A stretch of 64,000 nt of DNA from Pedobacter sp. Its GTDB lineage: Bacteria; Desulfobacterota; Desulfuromonadia; Desulfuromonadales; Syntrophotaleaceae. The notes under the pieces were generated by a model. That model was not told the origin of the DNA, ran no database searches, and saw only the letters and a program-made list of their open reading frames with translations. Positions 10,360 to 18,879 of the stretch are shown here, in pieces. The position numbers and the translations under genes are program-made. The stretch covers positions 1,032,679 to 1,096,678 of the forward strand of contig JBFWJC010000001.1 in NCBI GenBank assembly GCA_050253415.1, in the 5' to 3' direction. Each line of letters starts with the position of its first letter. Position 1 is the stretch's first letter.

Positions 10360-11547
10360 ATGCAAGGCTTTTGGAGTGCGTTTTTAAATCAGTTGGGGCA
10401 ATACGTCCCGAATGTACTGGGTGCTCTGGCTATTCTGGTGCTTGGTTGGCTTTTGGCGGTCGGAGTCAAAAAATGTCTGGCTGCGGTTTTGTCCAAACTG
10501 AAGTTGGATGAACGGTTGGCGGAAAAGTCTCATGAACCTCTTCAGCTGGAAAAACTTCTGACCGGTCTGGTCTATTATCTTATCCTTTTGTTTGTCCTGT
10601 TGTTGACCCTTGAGTCCCTGGGCGTGGTCGGTGTCCTGGCGCCGGTCATGAACATGTTTGACGGATTTATGGTCATCCTTCCCAACATGGTTGCCGCCGC
10701 CTTGATCGGAGTAGCGGGGTATGTATTGGCCAAGATCCTGGCCAATGCGGTGCTTATCGGTGGTCAAGGCCTTAACGGTATGGCGCAGAAGGCTGGCTTG
10801 AGTGACAAAATTAAATTGCCCCGGCTTGTCTCCCAGATTGTCTTTGTGGTGGTTTTCATCCCGGTACTCATTTCGGCGTTTGCTGCCCTTCACATTGAAG
10901 CTATCTCTATCCCTGCTACCCAAATGCTCAGTGAATTGCTGGCCGCAGTCCCTGACATTCTGGGGGCGGTTGTTATTCTTGCCGTAGCTTATATTCTGGG
11001 CCGCTTCGTCACCAATGTTTTGCGTGATCTGTTGCAAAACCTGGGCGTAGACCATTGGCCGGAAAAGCTTGGTGTAGGCACTTTGTTGGGTACCGATCGA
11101 CGGCTTTCGGTTTTTTGTGCCAACGTGGCATTTTTCTTTATCATGTTGGCGGCAAGTGTTTCCGCGGCTGAAAAGCTTATGATTGTCCTGTTGGCCGACG
11201 CTCTCAACACCCTGTTGATCTTTGCAGGTCAAATTCTGTTGGGTCTGGTGATCCTGATCATCGGTAATTATATCGCGACGTTTGCCTATCAGGCTCTTAG
11301 CAGTTCGCCGACCAAGTCGGCGATGGCTACTATTGTCAGGGTGGCCATTCTGGCACTGGTGCTGGCCATGGGGCTGAGAGCCATGGGTATCGCCGATGAA
11401 ATTGTCAATATGGCGTTTGGTCTGGCTTTGGGTGGCGTTGCTGTGGCTTTTGCCCTGTCCTTTGGCCTGGGTGGCCGGGAAGCGGCCGGGCGCCAAATGG
11501 AACACTGGCTGGCCAAATTGCGTGAAAAGGGGAGCAAGGAAGGCTGA
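10360..11547 (+). CDS. MscS-associated TM-helix repeat membrane protein (CmpX-like)
   Basis: Four repeats of about 90 aa (PNVLGALAILVLGW, PNMVAAALIGVAGY, PDILGAVVILAVAY, GQILLGLVILIIGN). Ends AFALSFGLGGREAA. AAGGAGG RBS. Confidence 0.8.
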   Translation: MQGFWSAFLNQLGQYVPNVLGALAILVLGWLLAVGVKKCLAAVLSKLKLDERLAEKSHEPLQLEKLLTGLVYYLILLFVLLLTLESLGVVGVLAPVMNMFDGFMVILPNMVAAALIGVAGYVLAKILANAVLIGGQGLNGMAQKAGLSDKIKLPRLVSQIVFVVVFIPVLISAFAALHIEAISIPATQMLSELLAAVPDILGAVVILAVAYILGRFVTNVLRDLLQNLGVDHWPEKLGVGTLLGTDRRLSVFCANVAFFFIMLAASVSAAEKLMIVLLADALNTLLIFAGQILLGLVILIIGNYIATFAYQALSSSPTKSAMATIVRVAILALVLAMGLRAMGIADEIVNMAFGLALGGVAVAFALSFGLGGREAAGRQMEHWLAKLREKGSKEG

Positions 11548-11734
11548 TCCAAGCTGGTTCGAGCGAGGTCTTCAGAGGCTTCGGTTGAATGCCATGACTG
11601 CTTTATGGTGCGATGCTTGTCAAGCATCCCGCTTTTTTCCGCTCTTCCGCAGTTGTTGGCTGCTTGCCAGATGCTAGAATTTTAAAGTGCGGTATTACAA
11701 ATCGAGACCCTATTCATTTGAAGGAGATTAAAGG

Positions 11735-12181
11735 ATGCCTGAGTTTGCCAACCCTTTTTCAGGGCTTTCAGCCGATCGCAAGGTAACCCCGGAGGAATTG
11801 ATTCGCGCTATCCGCTATATGATTGCCGCGGAGTATGAGGCGGTGCAACTTTACATGCAGTTGGCGGAGTCGACGGATAACACGCTTGCTCAGGAAGTCC
11901 TCAAGGACATTGCCGATGAAGAGCGTGTTCATGCCGGTGAATTCATGAGGCTGCTGATCGAACTCGCTCCGGACGAAGCGACATTGTATGCCGAGGGAAA
12001 TCAGGAGGTGCAGGAGATTATTGATCGCCTTGCGGGACAGGTAGAAGCTTCGGGAATGCCTGCCGCAGCCGGCAATCCAGAACCCGGGTCCTCTGATTCT
12101 GCTGTTAAAGAAATGCCGGAGGGGGAAGAATCCTCTCCAAAAACACCGCCTCCAGGAGTTGGAAACATCTTCGGCAAGTAA
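11735..12181 (+). CDS. Ferritin-like protein (Flp), probable encapsulin cargo
   Basis: EYEAVQLY and DEERVHAGEF di-iron motifs, a low-complexity linker, and a terminal PPPGVGNIFGK resembling cargo-loading peptides. Confidence 0.85.
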   Translation: MPEFANPFSGLSADRKVTPEELIRAIRYMIAAEYEAVQLYMQLAESTDNTLAQEVLKDIADEERVHAGEFMRLLIELAPDEATLYAEGNQEVQEIIDRLAGQVEASGMPAAAGNPEPGSSDSAVKEMPEGEESSPKTPPPGVGNIFGK

Positions 12182-12217
12182 CCATTATTCAAACAAATTA
12201 TTATAGAGGAGTGATTT

Positions 12218-13054
12218 ATGGATATCCTGGATAGAAAGTCCTCTCCTTTGACAGAAGAGGAATGGCAACGAATCGATCAAGCGGTTCTCGTAACGGCGCG
12301 CAACATGCTGGTGGGACGCAAGATGATTGAAGTTCTGGGCCCGCTCGGTCCCGGCGTTTATGCTCTGCCCTATTCGATTTTTAGCGGCCTTCAGCCCGCC
12401 GGCATGGACATGATCGGCGACAGGGATGATCTGGTGGCTGCGGCGGAACGTCGTGAGACCATCAATATTCCCATGCTTTTCAAAGACTTCAAAATCTTCT
12501 GGCGCGACGTTGAGGCAGACCGGCATCTCGGGATCCCGCTGGATGTCAGTGTCGCCGCGGTGGCCACCGCCGATGTGGTTGTTCAGGAAGACGATCTCGT
12601 TTTCAACGGGAACAAAGAACTTGGCCAAAAGGGGTTGCTGACCGCCGAAGGGCGGTTGCAAGTTAAAAAGAGTGACTGGCAGGAGGGGGGGAATCCTCTG
12701 TCCGATACCGTCAAGGCCGTCAACGCCCTTACATCTGCGGGGCATTACGGCCCCTATTCCATGGCGGTCAGTCCCTTTCTTTATGGGCAGATGGTGCGGG
12801 TTTACGGTAGCACCGGCATGCTCGAATTGGATCAGGTTTCCGCCTTGCTGCGGGGGAAAATCTATCCGTGCAGCGCCATCCAGGGTAAAAAGGCGGTCGT
12901 CATCGCCACGGGCATTCAGAACCTCAATCTTGCCATCGGCCAGGATCTCGTTACCAGTTACACTGCAGCGGAAAACATGAACCATATCTTCCGGGTGTTT
13001 GAAACTGTCGCGCTTCTTGTTCGCAGGGCCGACGCTATTTGTACCATAGAGTAA
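12218..13054 (+). CDS. Family 1 encapsulin shell protein (Linocin M18 family)
   Basis: MDILDR..PLTEEEWQRIDQAV..AR..LVGRK..EVLGPLG N-terminus, EDDLVFNG, GQDLVTSY. 278 aa, downstream of Flp. Confidence 0.93.
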   Translation: MDILDRKSSPLTEEEWQRIDQAVLVTARNMLVGRKMIEVLGPLGPGVYALPYSIFSGLQPAGMDMIGDRDDLVAAAERRETINIPMLFKDFKIFWRDVEADRHLGIPLDVSVAAVATADVVVQEDDLVFNGNKELGQKGLLTAEGRLQVKKSDWQEGGNPLSDTVKAVNALTSAGHYGPYSMAVSPFLYGQMVRVYGSTGMLELDQVSALLRGKIYPCSAIQGKKAVVIATGIQNLNLAIGQDLVTSYTAAENMNHIFRVFETVALLVRRADAICTIE

Positions 13055-13220
13055 TTTGACGGACACGGTACCGCGGTAAGGTCTTGCCGCCGGTATCTTA
13101 TGGTCGCAATCCCTTGCCCATGGACCGGTTAAAGGGGAGATCAGACCTGCCGATGAAACAAAAAGCCCCACTCCCTGTAAAGGGGGTGGGGCTAACCGTT
13201 TCCGGGAAAACGGAAATTTC

Positions 13221-13297
13221 TGGTCGGGATGACTGGATTCGAACCAGCGGCCCCCTGCTCCCGAAGCAGGTGCGCTACCAGGCTGCGCTACATCCCG
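13221..13297 (-). tRNA. tRNA-Pro (CGG)
   Basis: Minus strand reads CGGGATGTAGCGCAGCCTGGTAGCGCACCTGCTTCGGGAGCAGG...GTTCGAATC...CCCGACCA. Anticodon CGG, encoded CCA. Confidence 0.97.
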
Positions 13298-13538
13298 TTT
13301 TGTTTGGACGCAAATAATTATCACGCCCCTTTGGAAATTGCAACAGCAAATTTCCTCAGCTCGAAGCCTTTCAGTCTGTCCGGTTGATTCTGCTTAATCA
13401 TCGGTAACCCAAAAATAGCCCCAATTTAACAGACGAGTAACAATCGGATCGCATAGTTCACGCGCTATGTGAGCCGGCGTGCCGCAAGGCATGCGTTTCC
13501 TGTTTTTTTGTTGTTTTATGATGAAAGGAGTACCAACC

Positions 13539-14894
13539 GTGAAGAAGTGGCAAGTATTGGCAGTCGTTTTGTTGGGTGCTGTCCTGGCAACCCCGGCTAT
13601 GGCCATTAATGTTGAATGGCATGGCGATTTTAATAACCGTTTCTCCTACAGTACTCAGGCGGATGTGTCTGTACGTACGGTTAAGGACAGCTCCAAGTAT
13701 GTTGGTATTGATGGGGCGAGAAACTATAAAGGTCTGAACTCCGGCCTGACCAAAAAGGATAAGAACGACAGCGATTTTTTTGGAGAACTTAAATATCGCA
13801 TGCACCTGGTGGCTTCCGATGATGAGAAAAAGGTCAAAGGCGTGGTCGGTTTTGAATTCGGCTCTTCCAAATTCGGAGGAAAAGGCGCCGATTTCGGTGG
13901 TGATGACAACGTGTTCGAGCTGCGTTGGGCATACACCGACATTGAATTGCCTTTCGATCGCGCATCCCGCCTGGTTGTGGGCCTGCAACCTGTTGGCTAC
14001 AACGCTCTGCTGTGGTCAGATAACGCCGGTGGGGTCAAGTGGAACCGCAAGGAGGGCAACTGGGGTTACTCCGTGGGCTGGTTCCGTAATGACTGGAATG
14101 CTAAAGGCGCCGAAAAGGACGATGCACCCGCTACCCAGAAAAGCCGTTACGATGATGCCTATGCTGCCGACCTGACGTACACGTTTGAAAGTGGTAACAG
14201 CCTGAATGCTTTTGCGCTTCTTATGGATTCGGGTGAAGAGCAAAGCGATATCTCTTTGGTCACCGATGCGCAGGATACGGAAATCTGGCTGGGCTTGTCC
14301 GGAAAAGGTAAGTGGGGCGCTCTTGCCGCCACCGCGACGGGTATCTACCTGACAGGTGAATTGTCCGATAGCACCCTTGGCGACTTTGATCGCAGCGCTT
14401 ATCTGTTCTATGGACAGCTTGACTACACCGCCGGCAAAACCACATTTACTTTAGGCGGTCTCTATGCTTCGGGCGACGACGATCCGACCGATGGCGATCT
14501 GGAAAATTTTGATGTTGTCGATATCTCTACAGCCATGATCGGTTCGGTCATCATTTTCGACAATTATTGCGATGACAACTCGTTTAGCCAAGCCCCCTAC
14601 TTATTCGATCAGGGGTATAAACTGATTTATGTCGGTGTGTCTCATAAGCTGAACGATAAAACAAAAATCTGGGCCAGGTACCTTTGGCACAATACTGCCG
14701 AGGATGCGTATCTCGGCGCTGATGACATCGGACATGAGTTTGTGGTCGGGACCAGTTATACCATCATGAAAGGTCTTACTGCGGATATCAACGCCGGTTA
14801 TCTTGTTGCAGGCGATGCCTGGGATGCCATGGGCACAGATGGCAACAGCGATGATGTGTTCCGTACCGACGCTCGTATCCGCTTCAAGTTCTAA
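13539..14894 (+). CDS. Outer-membrane beta-barrel porin, probably Pho-regulated
   Basis: AAAGGAG RBS and GTG start, signal peptide ending AMA, alternating aromatic beta-strands, C-terminal RIRFKF. Lies upstream of phoBR. Confidence 0.75.
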   Translation: MKKWQVLAVVLLGAVLATPAMAINVEWHGDFNNRFSYSTQADVSVRTVKDSSKYVGIDGARNYKGLNSGLTKKDKNDSDFFGELKYRMHLVASDDEKKVKGVVGFEFGSSKFGGKGADFGGDDNVFELRWAYTDIELPFDRASRLVVGLQPVGYNALLWSDNAGGVKWNRKEGNWGYSVGWFRNDWNAKGAEKDDAPATQKSRYDDAYAADLTYTFESGNSLNAFALLMDSGEEQSDISLVTDAQDTEIWLGLSGKGKWGALAATATGIYLTGELSDSTLGDFDRSAYLFYGQLDYTAGKTTFTLGGLYASGDDDPTDGDLENFDVVDISTAMIGSVIIFDNYCDDNSFSQAPYLFDQGYKLIYVGVSHKLNDKTKIWARYLWHNTAEDAYLGADDIGHEFVVGTSYTIMKGLTADINAGYLVAGDAWDAMGTDGNSDDVFRTDARIRFKF

Positions 14895-14967
14895 CACCTG
14901 TACTTGCCTTCCCCTCCGCCCGGACCTCCTCTCTTATCTTCCGGTCCGGGCGGCTTTCCCGCCGTTG

Positions 14968-14996
14968 GCCGTCCGCATTGCGGACGGCTTTTTTTT
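14968..14996 (+). terminator. Terminator after the porin gene
   Basis: GCCGTCCGCA-T-TGCGGACGGC hairpin followed by T8. Confidence 0.75.
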
Positions 14997-15032
14997 CGTA
15001 TGTTCTTGGCACAGCACTATCTTGCCGTTATT

Positions 15033-15049
15033 CTAATATATGCCTAACA
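15033..15049 (+). promoter_or_regulatory. Candidate Pho box upstream of phoB
   Basis: CTAATAT-ATGC-CTAACA, an 11-bp-spaced direct repeat. The same arms occur upstream of pstS. Confidence 0.6.
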
Positions 15050-15107
15050 ATTGTGGGGTAGATAAGGTTGCCGCGTTGTAAATCAAGGAGAGGAGTTAGG
15101 CTGTCTC

Positions 15108-15800
15108 ATGGCTAAAAAACATATTCTGGTAGTAGAGGACGAAGAGGATATTCTTGCCCTGTTGCATTATAACCTGGTGCGAGAGGGGTTTCGGGTGTCC
15201 CTTGCCGGTACCGGCGAGGAGGGGCTGGAGACTATTGCCGAAGATCCCCCAGATCTGGTGGTACTCGATCTGATGTTGCCCGGTATCGACGGTCTGCAAG
15301 TCTGTCGCGCTCTAAAGGAAAATGCCGATACACGTAATATCGCTGTGGTGATGGTGACCGCCAAGGGGGAGGAGACAGATGTGGTTGCCGGTCTGGAGCT
15401 GGGTGCGGACGATTATGTCACCAAACCATTCAGCCCCAAAATTCTCATTGCGCGGATAAGATCGGTGCTGCGCCGCAGGGAAAGTACCGAGGAACCCGCC
15501 TCCGAACAGGCTGTTGTGCATATCGACGAACTGGTGATCCATCCGGGGCGCAATCAGGTCACCGTCAAAGGGGAGCCTGTGGATCTGACGTTTACCGAAT
15601 TCCGGGTTTTGCACCTTCTGGCCAGCCGGCCGGGGTGGGTTTTTACCCGCTACCAGATTGTCAACGCGGTGCGCGGTGATGATTATTCGGTGACTGATCG
15701 AGCGGTCGATGTGCAGATCGTCGGGTTGCGTAAGAAATTGGGTGCATACGGCCACTATATCGAGACGGTGCGGGGCGTCGGCTACCGATTCAAGGACTGA
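15108..15800 (+). CDS. phoB: Phosphate regulon response regulator (OmpR family)
   Basis: REC domain (VEDE, DLMLP, TAK, KPF) plus winged helix (RAVDVQI..LRKKL, IETVRGVGY). Adjacent to pst genes. Confidence 0.9.
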   Translation: MAKKHILVVEDEEDILALLHYNLVREGFRVSLAGTGEEGLETIAEDPPDLVVLDLMLPGIDGLQVCRALKENADTRNIAVVMVTAKGEETDVVAGLELGADDYVTKPFSPKILIARIRSVLRRRESTEEPASEQAVVHIDELVIHPGRNQVTVKGEPVDLTFTEFRVLHLLASRPGWVFTRYQIVNAVRGDDYSVTDRAVDVQIVGLRKKLGAYGHYIETVRGVGYRFKD

Positions 15801-15802
15801 AC

Positions 15803-17578
15803 ATGCGAAGAAAACCGATCTTTTGGCAGATTTATCCATCTTATTTACTCATTATTCTTCTCGCAATGGTGGCTGCAACCTGGCTTTTCTCCCGGGATTT
15901 GCGCGTCTTTTACCACCGGCAGGTCAAGGCGGATCTCGAGGCGCGAGGTCGACTGTTTGAGGAACAAGCCCGTGGGTTGTTGATCGATGGTGATCGTGTC
16001 GCGCTTGATGCGCTTGCCAAGGATCTGGGTCAGCGTACCTCAACCAGGTTTACCGTGGTGCTGGCTTCCGGCGAGGTGGTTGGTGATTCCCTGGAGGACC
16101 CCCGTCGCATGGAAAACCATGCAGGGCGGCAGGAGATTGCCCTGGCGCTGCGGGATAAAATAGCCGATTCGGTTCATTATAGCCGCACCCTGCAGGAAAC
16201 CATGATGTATGTGGCGGTGCCGATCCATATCGAAGGTCAAGTCGTTGGAGTGGTGCGGGCGGCACGCGCTGTGAATGAGATTCGCTGGGAGTTGACCGGG
16301 GTTTATCGAGGGGTGGTGTTCAGCGGCCTGCTGGTCGCCCTGGCTGCAGGACTGGTCGGATTGTACCTGTCGCGCCGCATGAGCCGGCCGCTGGAGCTGA
16401 TGAAGCGCGGGGCGGAACAATTCGCCCAGGGGCGTTTTGAACACAAATTGCCGGCCGCCGGTTCCCGTGAAATCTGCGCCCTGGCCGGGGCTATGAATGT
16501 CATGGCCGGCCAGCTTGACGAACGCATTCGCACCGTTCTCCGTCAACGCAGCGAGCAGCAGGCGGTGTTGACCAGTATGGTGGAGGGGGTCCTGGCCCTG
16601 GATAACGACGAACGCATTATCCATCTTAATCGGGCCGCGGCCGACCTGTTCCATGTTGTTCCGGAAGTCGTGGAAGGGCGGCGAATTCAAGAGGTGTTGC
16701 GCAAGGCTGATCTGCAGCGGTTCGTGGAGCGGACTCTGGCAAGCAGGTCGCCGGTGGAAGGCGAGGTGGTATTACCCAGTGCTGAAGGCGATCGTTTTCT
16801 GCAGGCCCACGGAACGGTGCTTCAGGATGGCGAAGGCAAGGGGATCGGGGTGCTGATCGTCTTGAACGATGTCACAAGGCTGCATCGACTGGAAAATATC
16901 CGGCGCGATTTTGTCGCCAACGTTTCCCATGAATTGAAGACACCCATCACCGGTATCAAGGGCTCAGTGGAGACTCTTATCGATGGGGCGGTAGAGCGCC
17001 CTGAAGATGCTGCGCGGTTTCTGAAAATTATTGCAAAACAGGCGGATCGACTTAATGCAATTATTGATGATCTGCTTGATCTGTCCCGCATAGAGCAGGG
17101 CGAAACGGAACAGGCCATGGAGCTGATATCGTCTCCGATCAGGCCGGTATTGCAGGCGGCAGTGCATGCCTGCGAAATCAAAGCTCGAGAGAAATCGATA
17201 GAACTGGTGCTGTCGTGTGCCTCCGATATATTCGCTGATATTAATCCTCCGTTGCTGGAGCAGGCCGTTATTAACCTGATCGACAATGCCGTTAAGTACA
17301 GCGATGCCGGCGGTACCGTCTGGATCGAGGGGGGCAGGGACGGGCGACAGACCCGGATTCAGGTGCGGGATCAAGGCTGCGGTATCGATCGGGAGCATCT
17401 GCCGCGCCTGTTTGAACGTTTTTACCGGGTCGACAAGGCGCGCAGTCGGCGTGCCGGCGGCACCGGCCTGGGGTTGTCCATTGTCAAGCATATCGTCAAG
17501 GCCCACCACGGCCGCGTGACGGTCGACAGTGTGCCGGGGCAGGGCAGCACCTTCCGTATTATTTTGTCGGGTGAATGA
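15803..17578 (+). CDS. phoR: Sensor histidine kinase (TM-HAMP-PAS-HisKA-HATPase)
   Basis: FVANVSHELKTP, NLIDNAVKY, FERFYRVDKARSR, GGTGLGLSIV. Confidence 0.92.
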   Translation: MRRKPIFWQIYPSYLLIILLAMVAATWLFSRDLRVFYHRQVKADLEARGRLFEEQARGLLIDGDRVALDALAKDLGQRTSTRFTVVLASGEVVGDSLEDPRRMENHAGRQEIALALRDKIADSVHYSRTLQETMMYVAVPIHIEGQVVGVVRAARAVNEIRWELTGVYRGVVFSGLLVALAAGLVGLYLSRRMSRPLELMKRGAEQFAQGRFEHKLPAAGSREICALAGAMNVMAGQLDERIRTVLRQRSEQQAVLTSMVEGVLALDNDERIIHLNRAAADLFHVVPEVVEGRRIQEVLRKADLQRFVERTLASRSPVEGEVVLPSAEGDRFLQAHGTVLQDGEGKGIGVLIVLNDVTRLHRLENIRRDFVANVSHELKTPITGIKGSVETLIDGAVERPEDAARFLKIIAKQADRLNAIIDDLLDLSRIEQGETEQAMELISSPIRPVLQAAVHACEIKAREKSIELVLSCASDIFADINPPLLEQAVINLIDNAVKYSDAGGTVWIEGGRDGRQTRIQVRDQGCGIDREHLPRLFERFYRVDKARSRRAGGTGLGLSIVKHIVKAHHGRVTVDSVPGQGSTFRIILSGE

Positions 17579-17653
17579 ATCTGCCGATATGCAGAGATTC
17601 CACCTGTTTCAAAAGCAGCATGGCAACGGGGCTTGCAAACTATTCATGCAGGG

Positions 17654-17670
17654 CTAATATGACGCTAACA
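17654..17670 (+). promoter_or_regulatory. Candidate Pho box upstream of pstS
   Basis: CTAATAT-GACG-CTAACA, with arms identical to the phoB site. Confidence 0.6.
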
Positions 17671-17764
17671 CTTCAACGCCAAGATAGCCTCCATCACACA
17701 AGGTAATGATCGTTTCCCTAGGACAATGTATGAGAAACCTTATTTTCCGAAAAGGAGAGCAGGA

Positions 17765-18763
17765 ATGAGTGTCGAGGTAATGAAGGGCTGGAAGAAAGCT
17801 GTCCGTGTTATGTTGGCGGCGGTTGTTGCGCTGCCGCTGGTAGCAGCTACCGGGCATGCCGATACCATCAAGGTGGATCCCAAGCTGGGAAGCTATGGCA
17901 AGGTACAAGGCGTGTCGGGTAATCTGAACTCCATCGGTTCCGATACCCTGAATAACCTCATGGCCCTTTGGTCGGAAGGGTTTCGCAAACTCTACCCCAA
18001 CGTCAATTTTCAGATTGAAGGCAAAGGGTCCAGCACCGCACCCCCGGCCTTGATCGAAGGGACGTCCCAGATCGGTCCCATGTCGCGGAAGATGAAGCGT
18101 CAGGAAATCGAAGCCTTCGAGAAAAAACACGGCTTCAAACCGACCATGATCGGCGTGGCCCTCGACTCCCTTGCCGTTTATGTCAACAAGGACAATCCCA
18201 TCGACAGTCTGTCGATGCCCGAAGTCGATGCTATTTTCTCCCAGACCCGCAAGGGTGGCCATTCAGAGATCGTTACCTGGGGACAGGCAGGCCTGACCGG
18301 TTCCTGGGCTCAGCAGCCTATCAGCATTTACGGTCGAAACAGTGCTTCGGGCACTTACGGCTTTTTCAAGGAACATGCTCTGTCCAAGGGTGATTTCAAG
18401 AATACCGTTAAGGAACAACCCGGTTCGGCATCCGTCGTACTTTCGGTGACCGAAGATAAAAACGGCATCGGCTACTCCGGTATCGGCTACAAGACTTCCG
18501 GTGTCAAGGCGATCGCCCTGTCCAAGGACGCCGGCGCTGCCGCTTATACTCCCAATTACGAGAACGTTCTGGAAGGCAAGTACCCGCTGGGTCGTATGCT
18601 CTACCTCTACGTGGTCAAAGCTCCCAATAAGCCACTGCCCAAAAACGTTGAAGAATTCCTGAAGTATGTTCTTTCAAAAGAGGGCCAGGAAATAGTCGTC
18701 AAAGACGGTTATCTGCCCCTGCCGGCAGGAGTCGCAGCCAAGCAGCTTAGCGCCATGAAATAA
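17765..18763 (+). CDS. pstS: Phosphate ABC transporter substrate-binding protein
   Basis: Signal peptide, [35 protein letters not shown]. Confidence 0.93.
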   Translation: MSVEVMKGWKKAVRVMLAAVVALPLVAATGHADTIKVDPKLGSYGKVQGVSGNLNSIGSDTLNNLMALWSEGFRKLYPNVNFQIEGKGSSTAPPALIEGTSQIGPMSRKMKRQEIEAFEKKHGFKPTMIGVALDSLAVYVNKDNPIDSLSMPEVDAIFSQTRKGGHSEIVTWGQAGLTGSWAQQPISIYGRNSASGTYGFFKEHALSKGDFKNTVKEQPGSASVVLSVTEDKNGIGYSGIGYKTSGVKAIALSKDAGAAAYTPNYENVLEGKYPLGRMLYLYVVKAPNKPLPKNVEEFLKYVLSKEGQEIVVKDGYLPLPAGVAAKQLSAMK

Positions 18764-18879
18764 GCAGTCGCTTCGTGTCGGTATTAAAGGCAGATGTGTA
18801 TTGCATCGGAAAAGCCTGCCGGTTCGTGGAACCGGCAGGCTCTGTTGCGTTGTGAACGGATTGCATTGGTAAGGTGTCA

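Noticed and set aside
12218..13054. Encapsulin read as a phage capsid or bacteriocin
   Set aside because: No terminase, portal or tail genes; the upstream cargo gene indicates a nanocompartment.
12185..13324. 379-aa minus-strand ORF
   Set aside because: Runs through tRNA-Pro and antisense to encapsulin; a shadow frame.
17621..17636. sigma54-like TGGCA...TTGC upstream of pstS
   Set aside because: GG-to-GC spacing is 11 nt rather than the strict 10.
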